In this document: positions 25,284-39,000 of the stretch, one piece after another
Numbering within the stretch: position 1 is the stretch's first letter
How the letters are laid out: each line of letters opens with the position of its first letter
Assembly (NCBI GenBank): GCA_046563655.1
Contig: CM102290.1
Span: forward strand, 12,958,001 to 13,022,000
From: Yuukianura sp. NJ FZ-2021
Taxonomy: Eukaryota
Direction: 5' to 3'
DNA length: 64,000 nt
The notes under the pieces: generated by a model
The model's database searches: none
What the model saw: the letters and a program-made list of their open reading frames with translations, nothing else
What the model was told of the DNA's origin: nothing
Translations under genes and position numbers: made by a program

Positions 25284-28200
25284 TTACTCGTGACACCAAG
25301 TTCCCTGCTTTGTCCTTGATCGTATCCAGTCATTCAATTCTAAAAATGAAATGGATTTGGAAAAATAATCATAACAATATTTAGAATTTAGGGTGAACAA
25401 CGAATACCGGTCACTCGGGCGTAAACTCCTGGTTTTCCTTGTCGAGCACATCCTGCAACAGAGAGAAAGTCTGCACTTTCCGAACGAATTAGTAACGTTG
25501 AAGTTGTTTAAATATTTACCTTCTCCAAACGATACGACGCCGATCTGCATGAATGCGCCATCATCTCGCTTCAGAACAAATGGACCACCAGAATCACCCT
25601 AATACAAACAATTTCTATTAAACAAAGGTGAAGAGTAATAATAAAATTAAGTATAAAAATTCATGTCGTTCTTGGCAGGCGTCGGTCCCTCCCGTTTCGT
25701 ATGCAGCGCAAACCATTCTACCAAAACAAAACTTTAGTTAAAACCACATTACATTCTTATATACGCTGACAATAGAAACATCATTCATAATTTCCAAAGG
25801 TAGGCTACAGTTTTAGCCTAACCTTGAGAATTATGAAATACGTTTCATATGAAGTGCCAAGCAGAATAGCGACATTACCTGTCCGTAATCGTCAAACCTG
25901 CGGTTTTGTTCCTCTTGTAGCTGTTTCCACATTCTTCATTGGAAATAATAGGAATATCAGCCTCTTTTAGTATCATGGACTGTTTTCCTCCTTCGGCTAT
26001 TTAAGACACAATCAAAATCAATGGCAACTAAAAGTAGCTAGAATTAAATTTGAATGTAAAAAAAAATAATTTGAATGTAAAATTAAATGTAAAAAATGGC
26101 TTAAAATGTCCAGAGACCGGTAACTCCCCATCCTAGAACAAATGAAAACAATAAAGTCGTGTTAGAGATATTTTTAAAAGATTGTACAGTGGAACCCTAC
26201 ATTGCGGAACTTTTAGCTCCGCCCCCCAGAATGGCGGGATATCGCAAAACTTAAGCTTTTAGAAGGATTTTGTTTGCAAACCAAGAAAGAACTGCAAACA
26301 AATATTTAAGAAAAGTCATTATTTGAAGTTTACCGGTAACAGTTCCTATCTTGCCAACGAACATGTCCCACATATCCCTCGGCGGCAGGCATACCGTGCG
26401 GACACTGGGTTCACCAGATGAGACCAAGCTGACTGGCTCATTCAGTTCAACTATACTGATGTCGTAATCTTGACTCACAGGACTAAGAACCAAAATGTCG
26501 CTTTTATAGAACTCAATGAAAATAGAACATAGTAGCCAAGGTTTGTTGACTCTGATTTTCTTTAACAGGTTGGGCAAAACCTCATGTTTTTATGATTTCG
26601 CAACAAAAAAAAAGTCCTTTCATTTCAGCTTACTCATAAAATGGGTGCGGATGAATTGAGGCTATTCCACGGCGTATTACCGGTTCTGACGTATCCTTGA
26701 TATTGTAGGCATTGAGAATCACGTCTCCAGCTTGAGGTAGTGCAACCAACCTTAAAAGTTTTACCTAACTTTACATCGCTTCCGACATCACACAACCTTC
26801 ATCTGCTTTAACCCGGACTTACCCAGTTGTAATGACACAGTGAGCAGCAGTTACCTGCAGTAGTACAGAAGAACCTCTCTTTTAGCAACTCTATTTTTCT
26901 TGGCGGGATACCGTAAAACCTAAGTTTTTGGCCTTACAACATAGCGGTCGTTGACTAAGGATCCGCCACAGAATGCATTGCTTCTTGTTTTCGGAACGAG
27001 GGCGACTTGCCACTTCCAGTAATGTGGAGGAGCTTCTTTGCCACCGACTATGCGATGTGCTGGAGAGCTTTGATTATCTTTAGCAGAATTGTCGGCTCCA
27101 GGAATACCGCATGCTTTACAAAAAAAAAATACTAAATATATAGCTTTAAGAATCTGCTAGCAAAAATTTCGTGTTTGTTTGTCGGATGGGAACACGGTTG
27201 TTTGAATTGTTGTTTGTTTTTTCTTAACAGGTTATACCATAACTCCATTTTTCAAATTTTCAAATTCTTCAGAGAACAGAAGAAATGAGCAGAGAAAGTC
27301 CGTACTTACAACAATTTGCAACTGCAGGAGATGGTAGTGTCTTGGTGATCACATCAAGTCCAGTAGTACTGGCAGCACATGAAACCAAGCAACTGAATCC
27401 TTTTCTGGGAATAGCAATGGACCGAGAAAATGTGGCAACAAGAATTGTGGAGCCGGTTGCTGTATTTTTCGGTCCATTGTTGCCACAAAACCTAAAACAT
27501 ATATTGTATGTGCAAGCATTCCCGTTAGTACACTGTGCTAAATCACTTACCTTTTGGATACCGAGAACTCGTCAGTGATCTCCAAACGAGCACTGGAGCA
27601 GTCAGTAGATTCAGCGAGTTCAAAGAGGTCACAGGAAATTACTGGGTAACATCTAGACCCCTACATAAGTTTACCATTTTTAAAGTAATTTTCTCAACTT
27701 ACCCCAGTTTGACACTTAGAATAAAAATGTTACATAAAACTTCCAAGTACAGTCAAGACCCGTTTGAAAGAAGGGCTGAAATTGTTGAAATGTTGTTTGT
27801 ATTTTGTAAGTGGTGTTCATGTTGATGGGGTAAGAGCCGCACATAACATCTTTAAAAGCGAAAAACGACCTGATATTATTTTTGATGAAAATGTATTTAA
27901 GAATTAAGATTGCCTTCTGACACAGTTAGGGGTGTAAATCCGTCACTGCTTTTTAGAAGTCCGGATTTCGGAATTTGACGGTTTTTATTAAGAAGTTCGG
28001 ATTTCCGAATACCTAGGATTTACCATAATTTTTTTTCTTCTAGTTTTTCAAAATTATTAACGCTGATTTCAAGTTAAGCAACAAAAAAAAGTTGATAACG
28101 GACAACGGACCTCACGAATGTTCATTTTTCATTAACTTGAATTAACTTCGAGGTATTCGGCCACCTGGTGTAGAAATATTTCAATTTTTGGATTTTCGTG

Positions 28201-28521
28201 GCCAATTTTCCAATTGTCCATACTCTGAAATGGAACGAAAAATCCGGATTTGGTTTTTCTGAAACCCGAATCCGAATGAATCCGAATCCGTCAAAAATCC
28301 GGATTTACACCCATAGACCCCGTACATAGTAGTACCTCTGGGCTCATCTGCTCTCTGACCTCCGCCACTCCAGAAATTGCTATCACGCCAATCTCGTGAC
28401 TGTGAAACAGCACAACCAAATCAGTGTTTTACTTTGAAATTTTCAATTAGTATTGGCTTACTGCACAAAAAAGTTTTGGCGTAGCGATGAGCGTCAAGAA
28501 AACAACACCGTAGTAGAACAT
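25284..28521 (-). CDS. Secreted CUB-domain trypsin-like (S1A) serine protease
   Basis: Signal peptide MFYYGVVFLTLIATPKLFCA. CUB-like DCTWKFY..ISCDLFEL..DCSSARLEI..FCGNNG..KGFSCLV. Activation site R|IVGG. Catalytic triad VTAAHC, DYDISIVEL and DACQ|GDSGGP, with Asp at S1 (trypsin specificity). Stop at 25284-25286. Confidence 0.9.
27927..28315. mobile_element. hAT-like non-autonomous element in a protease intron
   Basis: TIRs taggggtgtaaatccg / cggatttacacccata, subterminal CCGAAT/CGGATT repeats, and an imperfect 8-bp flank gacacagt / gaccccgt. Confidence 0.65.
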
Positions 28522-29404
28522 TATCTATTTGCAAAGTAGTTTGAATTCCTTCAGATGCAGGAAAGGAGTTAATGAAAATAAGTTTAGTCTAAAATATGTA
28601 AACTCTGCCAATGAAAGTGAGAAACTCCCAATTATTTATAGACATTAAGGTCAAATTTCTGGGGTTGACGACAGTTTGAACTATAAGCTAGTGAACTTTA
28701 AGTTCAGACTAAAGGCTGAACGGGGTTGACAGACAAAACAATGGAAGTTGGAAAATTTAACAAAGGTATTCTGCACTTTTAATTCGAAACGTGTTGGGGT
28801 AAGCAAAAATTGTTTCTTATGCAAAGAAACTGCAAAGCCTTAATATTCTAACTTCATTTTATTATTGGGACTGAAAAATATAAAAAATTTTGTTCAAAAT
28901 ATGAAATAACGCTATTTTTTTTTTGTACTAGACCTTACGACCTCTACTCAATTAGCCCTGTCAGGACGTCGAAAGAAAAATTGTTGAACTTACATAAAGG
29001 TAGATGGCGAAACCAATCCAGCACAAAATTTTGAACCTCTGAAATTCAGACTCTGCATGCAAAGGCTAACATCCAAAGTAAAAAATTTCTCACAACTACA
29101 AAAGCTGTGTAACTAAAAATTGAATCTTTTTTTTGCAAAATTCTTCAATAGAATGAACTGTTTTACAATGCAGTAAATCAATGGGAATTGTATCCAAATG
29201 CCTGGTTGAGGTTAGCATTAAAACAAGCGTAGTTACGTGAAGTTGCTAAGTTTACGTTTGGTTCGCAAATTTTGAACACTGCACTACTTGTAAATTGGTT
29301 TTAAAATGACGCCTTTCTCTGTTTGTTGACATTGTAGAAACCGAAAGCTGCGTAAACCGTGACAGGTCAAGTGGATTTTGTTGATGCTACCAACTACGTA
29401 ACTC

Positions 29405-29566
29405 CAAGGTTCTTTGACAACCATTTAGTACTTTTTAGCAGGTTGCATTCGTTTAAAATGTTATGCTTACGCTTACCTGGAACGAAAGTTAACTTTTTTA
29501 TGAAATCTTAAAAAAAACACGAGTTATTATGCAACCTGTTAAAGAAAATTAAGTCAAAAAACCTTG
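29405..29566. mobile_element. P-element-like MITE
   Basis: caaggtt..caggttgcat ... atgcaacctgtt..aaccttg. Confidence 0.65.
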
Positions 29567-30441
29567 ATGCAACTTATTTGTCCCGTTTTTTATTTCTTTA
29601 AAGGAAACATTGTTACTCCCAAGAAAGGAGATGTTCTGTACAAGGAGTATCCAAAGAAACAATACGAGGGTGCTGGTTTACATTGGTAGCTCCATCCACA
29701 AAGGCCGGTCTTTGGTCCAATTGGATATTTGCAACTGTTTGGCAGTGCAATTCCCAAAATGTTGCAAAAAAAAGCAACAGTTTCACAAAAGTTTAAGCAA
29801 CACAATTAGGAAATTTTGTCAGTCTACCTCAAAATTTATTTCCTTTACCCAAATATCTGTGCACATTTCTAAAATATGTCAAATTTGTAATAAATTTAGA
29901 CATTTCTTGTTTTGAAAACTTGACTTTTGACACAATATCATCAGGTTTATCCGAAGTATTGTTTTGGCCATTCCTCATCTCCAGTACAAACTCATGGCTT
30001 CCTGACATGTCCCGGCTATGCGTCCGTGTTGAGAGCTTATAGTTCCCGCAAACACTATGACTTTCTTTTCCCGTGAGCTTTTAAATCATTTATAGGGTTG
30101 CAGAGGAAGGACGTTACTACACCTCGTACATCGTATCCCAACAGCATCTTGTGTTGCTCCACAAGGAGCCCATTCATTTCCGTCCGCCAAATCACGGCAA
30201 GGCAGGAGCACACGAGAGCACCGGAGGCTTCTGGATCGATATTTGTGAATGGAGAAAGTAGGACGTCAGCAGAGGAGAGCCTGCTGGAACGAACTGTTGT
30301 TCTGTCCTGGATATTTGGACAGCACTACATGGATATGCAGGTTCTTATAGGCGTAATGCCGTGCTGCTGGAAATAGAGCAAATTCCCTTTGGATTTCCTC
30401 ACCGTTTCTTGAATTTCCCTAGAATTTGTTCAAGATTTCCT

Positions 30442-30705
30442 CAAGGTTGCTATATCGCCCATTTATACAGGTTGTGCCATAATTTCGATTTAAAAAGATA
30501 CACAAAGAACAACTTTTGGACCGATTTTGGACCAATAATGTTTTGAAATTTTTAATTTTCACGTTGCTGAGTTATAGTTTTGATTTCGAATTGCTAACGC
30601 AACAGAGCCGCGTCGGATGTGCGGTTCAAAAAATTTGATAATTTGGAAAAGTGAGTTATGGTGTAACCTGTTAATGAAAAAAAAATTTTGTTTTACACAA
30701 CCTTG
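30442..30705. mobile_element. P-element-like MITE
   Basis: caaggttg..acaggtt ... aacctgtt..caaccttg, with gatttcct on both sides (one-base offset). Confidence 0.75.
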
Positions 30706-31443
30706 GGATTTCCTAGAATTTCCTTTCACCCAAGATGGAAAATTTTAGTGCTTTTATGGACACGTTCAAGTCAAAACCAAAATGGAAAGTGAAAGTAAAT
30801 TTTTTAAATCTAAAAATAAATTTTGTCTTCTGTTTTCGTCATTCTTTCAATCCATGGCTTATTTTGGGTGACTCCTGGCGCGTGTGTAAGTCTCAAAAAC
30901 ATGAAAACTGATACAAGTACATACACTAGTTGCTTTCAAAAACTTTCAAAAATGGCAACAATCCTATTTTCCGAGAAAAGTGTTTGACGACAGAAGAGGA
31001 TACTATATGTTTGCCTCGAGATCCAATGTGTGGCTATGGTTAAGGTTTCGTCTGCAGATTGAAGTTTTGGAACTCTTCCCCTTGCGTCACCGAATCATGA
31101 TCCTACAAAACTATTTCAGAGAAAGCAGAGAAAATAGAAACCGAATTCGTGCTTTCTCTCTCTATGATATTCTATAAGTAAGCATGGGCTAGGAATGAAT
31201 GAATGAATGAACATACACACAGTAGAGTCAAGTTCGCTTTGTGCCTATTTTTAATGTCTCCGCACTCTTTCACTAATAAGCAAACAATTACAGAGAATAT
31301 GAGATGCCTCATTACGTCAAATCCCGTAAGCGCATGTAAACCTAATGGAAAGCCGTCAGAGAGTGAAAGCAAAATCAGAAAGTGCTGAAGTAACAGGTGG
31401 GATAGTATGCATACGCAGCACCACTTCAACAGCATTTCTGGTA

Positions 31444-31791
31444 CCGTAAATTTCCAAATAGTGCTCCCGGGGTACTAATTCTTCCGTTAACCTCCGGAAG
31501 AGGAGCACTTTAATTGTATATATCATATATTATATTATTATATTAATCTTTTTTATAATTTAGTTTTAGGTACGTATAAGGCACTGGTTATTACTATTAG
31601 GGCACTCCTGGGTTCATAGGTACTAGCAAGGTTGCTATAGCAACCGATTGAATTTTCTACAATAGGTTGTCCTATAACCCAGGGTTTTTGAAAAATGTTG
31701 CTTCAAACCACTTTTAGCACCAATTTAGCACCAATCCCATTTGTCTTTAGCAAATGAGTGTACGGTAGGAGCGCTATTTGAAAATTTACGG
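31444..31791. mobile_element. CCGTA-terminated MITE (Tc1/mariner-pogo-like, TA TSD) containing a CAAGG-type element fragment
   Basis: ta|ccgtaaatttccaaatagtgc ... gcgctatttgaaaatttacgg|ta. Confidence 0.7.
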
Positions 31792-32330
31792 TAATCATGA
31801 CCTAACAACATTTCATACGGAGACTCCAGATATTTTTGGCCTCATTGTCGGAAGCACTCACGTCACAAGTCCCAAATTCAATTCACAACAACAAATTTTT
31901 TTGAGTTTACAAATGGACACAGGTAGCCAGGCGTGTCGGACGAAGTTGAAAATAGCACAAGTTAAAAGTTAAAATCAAGTTAAATTAAAAGCAACAACAA
32001 CGCTACAACCAAAGTTCAAATCTTGACTTTGCCTTTACATTAAAATCCAAATCAAGAGTTATCCCGTGCACAATTAATTAGTACTCTCTAAATAGAATTT
32101 AATTAATCTTACAACACTCTTGACTAATTTGGAACATTTTCATTAGCACGTGTAGTTCCGAAGTCAGTACACGTGAAAAACTAACAAATACTGGCAGTAT
32201 TGAGGATTCACATGGGAGAAAGGCGTTTTCCCACATCGTGTCCTTGGTTACCGTTCTTCCTACATTTTAGCCTTCAAGTGTGCAACAAATTCTTGTATCC
32301 AATTTAAGTCCTATTGACTCTAATGGATTA

Positions 32331-32440
32331 CCGTAAAAATTCTAATAAAGGCCCGGCTCCTATTTCCTTTTTGCCCACCAGACACGGTCTAGAAGACACG
32401 GGCTTTTATTAGTGAACGGCTATTACTAGAAGTTTTACGG
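32331..32440. mobile_element. Short CCGTA-terminated MITE
   Basis: ta|ccgtaaaaattctaataa ... tattactagaagttttacgg|ta. Confidence 0.6.
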
Positions 32441-35400
32441 TAGTTTTAAAAAAGGACTAAACTTATCTCCCTCCCAATTTAAAACCTTCCTACAGTAGAA
32501 TTTGAAATCCAATTTTAGTTGGTGCCAAATTTAACAGTTTTTAAATATTAGCGACTGGACATTGGGCTAGGTTAGGGTTGATGAATTGTATGTTCTATTC
32601 AGGAATAAATCGAAGGTCAGAGAACGGATTTGTGTTTTATTATTCATAAATGTCAGAGTGGATATGAGAGGTGTAGCGTGCCATTTTGAGTTTAAGAATG
32701 AACTTTATGATTTCCAATCCACATTTTCCCAATACTTTATTAATAGTGAGGGCGTGGAGGGGGGAAGCCTACTTAAATTGAAGTTCTTGCACAAATATAG
32801 TTTCCTTTTTGTAATGAATGGAGTCTATTTTTTCCATGACCTTTTCTAGAAGAATGAATTTGAACTCTGGTGACCTTCCTGAACAGGAGAAAAGAAATAA
32901 GGCGGAAATGAACATGTCTAGAAGTTGGTGACATAAGAAGCATTACTTTCGGATGAACAAAAGTGAAGTATTTTTTGCCTCTGTTTTTAGGAAAAGTTCA
33001 CACAACTGAAAATTTTGAATGAATTTATCCCAAATCTAATTATTACATAAAGCAGTTACTGATTTGTTGCAAATTTTGAAGACGTACCTAAGTAACCACC
33101 GAACCTGAGGTGAAACAAGGCTCCTGTTTTTGTTGAATGGGGCTTGTGGGCGTACAGAGAATTGAATTACTGACACTGGGAACGTGGCTTTCCTACCACC
33201 AGTGTCCCCTTACAAATCATGTGTGTCAGGGAGGACTATCTTCAGTCGGAAACTTAATGGGTGCGGAATTTAGTCAAGATGAGAGCATCATGTGACTTAA
33301 AGGTGGGCGAATGACTCTAAGCCTGAAATATTCGTCTTCCTGGTTTCTAGCCCCCCACCGGAAGAAAAAGTTCAAACACGGTAAGGCCATTCTCAAGGGC
33401 TGAGCACAGCAGTTCTGTTGAAAGAGTTCACAAATGATATGGCTAATAGCCTACTGCGCGCCAATGTTGCTGGTTATTCACTTTTTCGACATTTCATCCA
33501 CGGCTGGATATCCAGTGGAAGAAATGGACGAAATAGATTAATGCAAAGGGGCGGAGCTTTGCCAACGGGATTTGAATTATTTAAATACAAAAAAGTTAAA
33601 AAATGGAAAATATAGTACAAAAACTAAGTAAACATTGTTTTTAAATAAGTTTTAAATAACTAATTAATTTTAACCTTCCTGATATCGTTTTGTAATTTTT
33701 ATTTTTTTTAAAATTTTGTGCTAAAGATAAGTTTTTGATTTTTCTATCCACTTATAGTTCCACTTTTAGTAGTTATCCTAAAAATCTGACAGACAGACGG
33801 ACAAAGTCGTATCAATAGTTTCCTTGAGCAAGTATACCGTAGACATGCATCTTCAGAAACCTAAAACAGAACTTAAATTCAAATCTACATAGATTAAAAA
33901 AATTTAACGTAAAAGTAGAAATCGTGAAGGTAAATCCTGGAAGTCTGGAGCGTTTCCGATTTGAATTTCCTTACAACAAGGGACCTAGTGTGTAGCAGCA
34001 GCAGGGGGGAAATGAGATTTGCTACAACCTTTATAAAACATATTTAAAGTGACTGACTCCGACAGGTATTTATTCCATTTTTAGAAAAAGTGTTATGCGT
34101 AGGTAGCAAAGTTGCTGTTTGAACTCAAAGTTCGATTAAATTCCTCATTTGAACTTACTTCCTCAAAGTTTTGATTAAAAATTAAAAAAAGAAAATTTTG
34201 TTAAAGTATAATTTTAGATTCTCGGTCAAAATGTCACGCTGAGTTGGACTGGAAGGAAGATTAGCCAATGGAGGTAGGAAAAATTTGAAAATTTTTGCAA
34301 AAATTTGCCATTTTTTTTTTCATATCGCAGATAAACCACAGAAAGTTAGCATACATTTGCCTCAATCTTTCCATTGTGTCTCTTTTTTCTCAATGTCAAA
34401 GCACAAATTTTGCACATTTTAGCCTGCGAATATTATCCGGAAGAGATCAAATCTTCGTTTCAACTTTCAAGCGGAAGTTTGTGGACTGGAGTTTGAATGG
34501 AGGTTGACCTGGTGGGACTTGGATGTTTTTGCTGCTCTAACTTCCTATACCGTGCTTTTGGAGCATAGAGTTCCACTTTCCTTGACTTTGAGACTCCGGA
34601 GAAAGTCCTATTGATTTTCCCATGTCGTCCTAGCCTAATACACGAACCGTTGTGACGTCCGCCAGCCGACGTCACAGTCCTATTACGTCAAGTACAAGCA
34701 CCGAAAGTGTCCTATCGATCCCATACTGCCCTGTCTTCCGCAATCTCCATTGCCCATTGAGACTTCATTCAGATTCAGACATGTTCACACTGGACACAAT
34801 CTAGACCAAGGTTGTTTGAATAGAAATTTTGCTTATTTTTTCTTAACAGGTTATACCTTACCTCCTTTTTTCATTTTTTCAAATTTTTCGAAACGCACAT
34901 ATGACGCAGTTCCGTTAGCAATTCGAAATCAAAACTCGAGTCAGAAACGTCGAAATTAAAAAATTACAAAAAATTATTGTGAAAATAAACAAATCTGGTA
35001 TAAAATTCGTACAAAAATTGTTTTCTCTATTTTTTTTAAAGAGAAGGAGTTATGTCATAACCTGGCATTTGACCTTTATTTAATTCCGTCTAAGGCATTC
35101 ACCTTGCTCCTTCAAATGTCATTTTGAATACGGCTATTTTTAGCGCCAAAAGCAGAATTGCCTGTGACCTTGCGTAATTTATTGGGAGAGGACCAGACTA
35201 TAATTTTGACGGTCTTGTGTGTTACTGGAAATAGACGCCCTTATTACTTATGGATGGAAACACGATCGAGGGAAAGTGGGCTCTTCTGATTGACGTATGA
35301 AATATCTATTTTCTGTAGGTCTATACTAGTATTTCAATAGTCTCAGTTGCACGCTAAGGCTATAAGAGTCTCGTGTCTTTTCTAGTATAGAAACGTTCCA

Positions 35401-35605
35401 GGTTAGAAATTACCGCTTACGTAGAATTTTGGGTATAGTTTGGACAATAAAACATGCAAAAGTCCAGAAATAGGCTCACCGCAACCTTATTTTTGGAACT
35501 AACGCGAGCCTAATAATTTCTAAATTAAAGAAATTACGCGGTCATTCTTTTCTGTGACTAAACCTTGCGAATGCTAATCCCTTCTGTACTTGGATTTTGC
35601 AAATA

Positions 35606-36075
35606 CCGTAGATTTCCAAATAGTATCCCCCCGAGATACTAAATTAGGGTGTGGGGTACTAAATTTGGGTGCAGGGTACTAAATTTGTGTTCATGCACTA
35701 ATTTTTTTGTCTACCATTGAGCAAGGTTGCTATAGCACTGAAATAATTTTCCTTTAACAGGTTAGGCAATAAGTCCTGTTTTCGAAAAATCTTGAGTCAA
35801 TTTCTTCTATCTCTTTTGTTTTTACTACCTTTTACTCCTTTTCCAATTTGCCAATTCAGAAGCCATCTCTCAGAATTTTTTAATTCCGTTTACCATTCCA
35901 AACCGCGATTGAAACTAGGTGAATTCAGTTTTGAAAATATTTCGCAAAAAAAACTTAAAACTCGAGTTATTGCCTGATCTGTTAAAGAAAAAGTATTTAA
36001 AGAAAAGGGGAAAGGGAAATATAAAAGTGAGATTGGGTATTATTTCGGGAGGAGGTGCTAGTTGGAAATCTACGG
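35606..36075. mobile_element. CCGTA-terminated MITE with a nested CAAGG-type element
   Basis: ta|ccgtagatttccaaatagta ... ctagttggaaatctacgg|ta, with internal caaggttgctatagca..aacaggtt at ~35722. Confidence 0.7.
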
Positions 36076-39000
36076 TAATTCAAAACTTCTCCAGAGAGCA
36101 CATTGGAATTGTATAGTGTTGAACTACAATTGTTTGTAACTAAGGAATGTTTTGATTCAATTTTGTGTAAGTTTGAATGAAATCGTCCTGCAGGATAATT
36201 GACAGAGGGTGGAGGGTTCCGGAATCTTTGATTCCAGAACCGATTTTCCCAGGATTTTTTCTGTTTTCGAAAAGTCATTTTGCGTAGAGATGAAAGATGA
36301 CCTGCGTGGCTTAGATTTGTAATTGGAAGAGGCTCAAATTAATCAAAAATGTCAGCAGATGTTGGTTGATTACGCTTTTTGGTCCATGTTGTGACGTCAT
36401 GCGGAAGATGCACTTGAAAAAAAAACCAAAGTCCTTAGGAAGAAACAGTTTAGAAAGTAAAGAAAAGACTGAGGCCTCTTCTTCTTTTGCATCCATAATC
36501 TGATTCACCTCGCTGTCTTCTGCCCTCCTGAGGTCCAACCCTACAAAAACTCCAGTCTTCTTAAGTTCAAAGTGGATCTTAAGCAAAAACCATTGTTGAA
36601 AAGAACATAAATACAATGAGCATACTGCTGGACTTAAGTTTTTCAGGGTTTACAAAAGGGAATCCTTCGATTCTGGGGCCCAAGCACCGATTTTCTCGAA
36701 AACTTTAAAGTTTAAGGGCCCCTTTTTTCTTTTTTTTTTCTACAAAAATTATAATGATGAGCTCTGCAGATATTTTGTGGATGAAAAACAGTTTACTAAA
36801 ATCATGGAAACGAATTTATTTTTTAGTCAAAATTTTCGAAATACGTAGTTTTTTTTTAAATAGTAAAAAGATACTTGTTCCGCGAAGTTTGTACAATGAT
36901 GTTCAGTAAAACTTAGTAGACACAGACACCAAGAAAAACAAAAATATGTACATTTTTAAAACTATGGGGGGAAATGAGCACCAACTTAAACATTTATTGC
37001 AAATTACAAAAATTGAAAATTTCTTTAAATTTAAATTTGCAAAGCTGGCATCGACTCCCTCCATAGTTTCCGAAATCAAACGAAAATTCAGTAACAATAA
37101 TTTTGAGGCGCCTACTTTTCGCAGAAAACTAACTTTAGCAATTCCAGTTTATCTTTTTTTATTTTTTGCAAAAGTTCAATTTTTGTATTTGGGAACATTT
37201 TTTTTGAAATGGAAACTTATTTTGTTTAGTAAAATAAAAATTTGAAAAGTAGAGATGCAACTGGTTGAAATTTTTTTTGAAAGTATGAATACCTGCAGAT
37301 TAGATTTTAAGTAATGTTTACATTAGGTGTAGTGTATTCTAATTTCTGAGAATTAAGTATGGCTTTATACTGTTGAGGATCGAGTGTGAGATGCATTGTA
37401 GTTTGTATTAAATTGAAAAAGAAAGGCAAAGAGAAGATCGTTGAAAGATTGATGTGCAAAGGAGAGAAATGTCAAAACACTGGCACTTCAAGGGCTCAGT
37501 CCCTCAGGGGGTCCTTGGCCCTACCGAAGTGTAAATTGCTAAACAATTTCTGAAAGATCAAGGCATACAGCAAAAAGGCGCCCATGACTAACCTCTACAT
37601 TTTTTCCAACAATCTGACCATGCAGTTTCAGCAGCTCACCGATTTTTTATAGAAAAATTCAAAACTGTTCAACTTCAACAAAATTCAATTTTTTTTAAAA
37701 TGTCAAAAACCAAAATTTGTTATGTAAATTGTCTGCTACCAAGAAATTTTTTTATACTGTTTTGATTTGTTGATGGCAAAAGCTAATACTACAATGCATG
37801 TATCTTATCTCAAATTTAATGTTGTTAAAATATTTGAAAGTTTCAAAAAATTTAAAATTCGATTTCATCCACATTCTGAAACCATTAAAATTAAAATCAC
37901 TTTTGACGAAGTAAAGTCCAGCAAATAATTTTCACGTCCAGCAAATTAGTTGTAACATAAATGAAATTAAATTAATTAATTAAAATTATACTTTAATTAC
38001 ACTAAATTAATTGAAAACTTGAGACTGGTCGGCGGAATTCAAAAACAGGACAAAAGCATAATCCTCCTTATTAGGCATAATGCTGCTGATAGGCATCACA
38101 CAGCGTAATACGGAAGAGCCCAGCAGCAACCATAAATGTCAAAAATATAAAATTGCATTTAAAAATGAAATTGAACAGCACAGATTGCACAAATTTTGAA
38201 GTTCATGTTTATCTCCTCTACAGAAAAAACGAACACAATTTGAAAGAGTTCGTTTGTTTAGATATGATGATGTTTCCAGGTCCATAATGTTTTTGAATGG
38301 TTTTGTCCTTATACATAGGGTTACGTCATCTAATTTGAATACAGGTTAAGGTTCTTCCACCAGGCGTTGTCAGGCTAAAGATTCAAAAAAAACACTCAAA
38401 AAAATCTTTGTAGCATCATAAAGGAAGCGAGAGGCAAGTCCTTTGGAAAACGCCCTTGTTGCATGAACTCCAAAAAAAAGTGACCCCATTATTAACCAAC
38501 AACACACGAAAACTTAAACTTTCCCTACACTAAATGCCGTCTGTTCAAAAAACTCCGATTTTTTGGTTTTAGAATTCAGATTTTTAGAAAAACGATTAGT
38601 AGAGGTGATTCGTCTTGGACAAAAGACGCGTTTCGGTCTAAAATCAATCGACAATTCTCACTGTGTGGATGTTGAAACTAAATTTGATGAAATGAACGTT
38701 ACTAATGAATGAACGCAGCCAATGGTGAAGATGAGAAACTGAAGGGAGTAACTATGCACAAGTCGTTTGAGTCATTTTTATTTCCAACACATTTTCAGAA
38801 TTGGTTTTTTATATTATTTCACTTTTAACATTCAGTAAATCCTTGACCTTGTTATACGTACTTGCTAGAGCCCTTCATAAATTTAACTCACACTATAATA
38901 AGATTAATACAATAGGTACATCAAAATAAAAATCACAAAATGAATAATTGTTCCAAATATGCTTAAAATCAATAGTTTTTTTTAAATCCCTCCACGCCTC

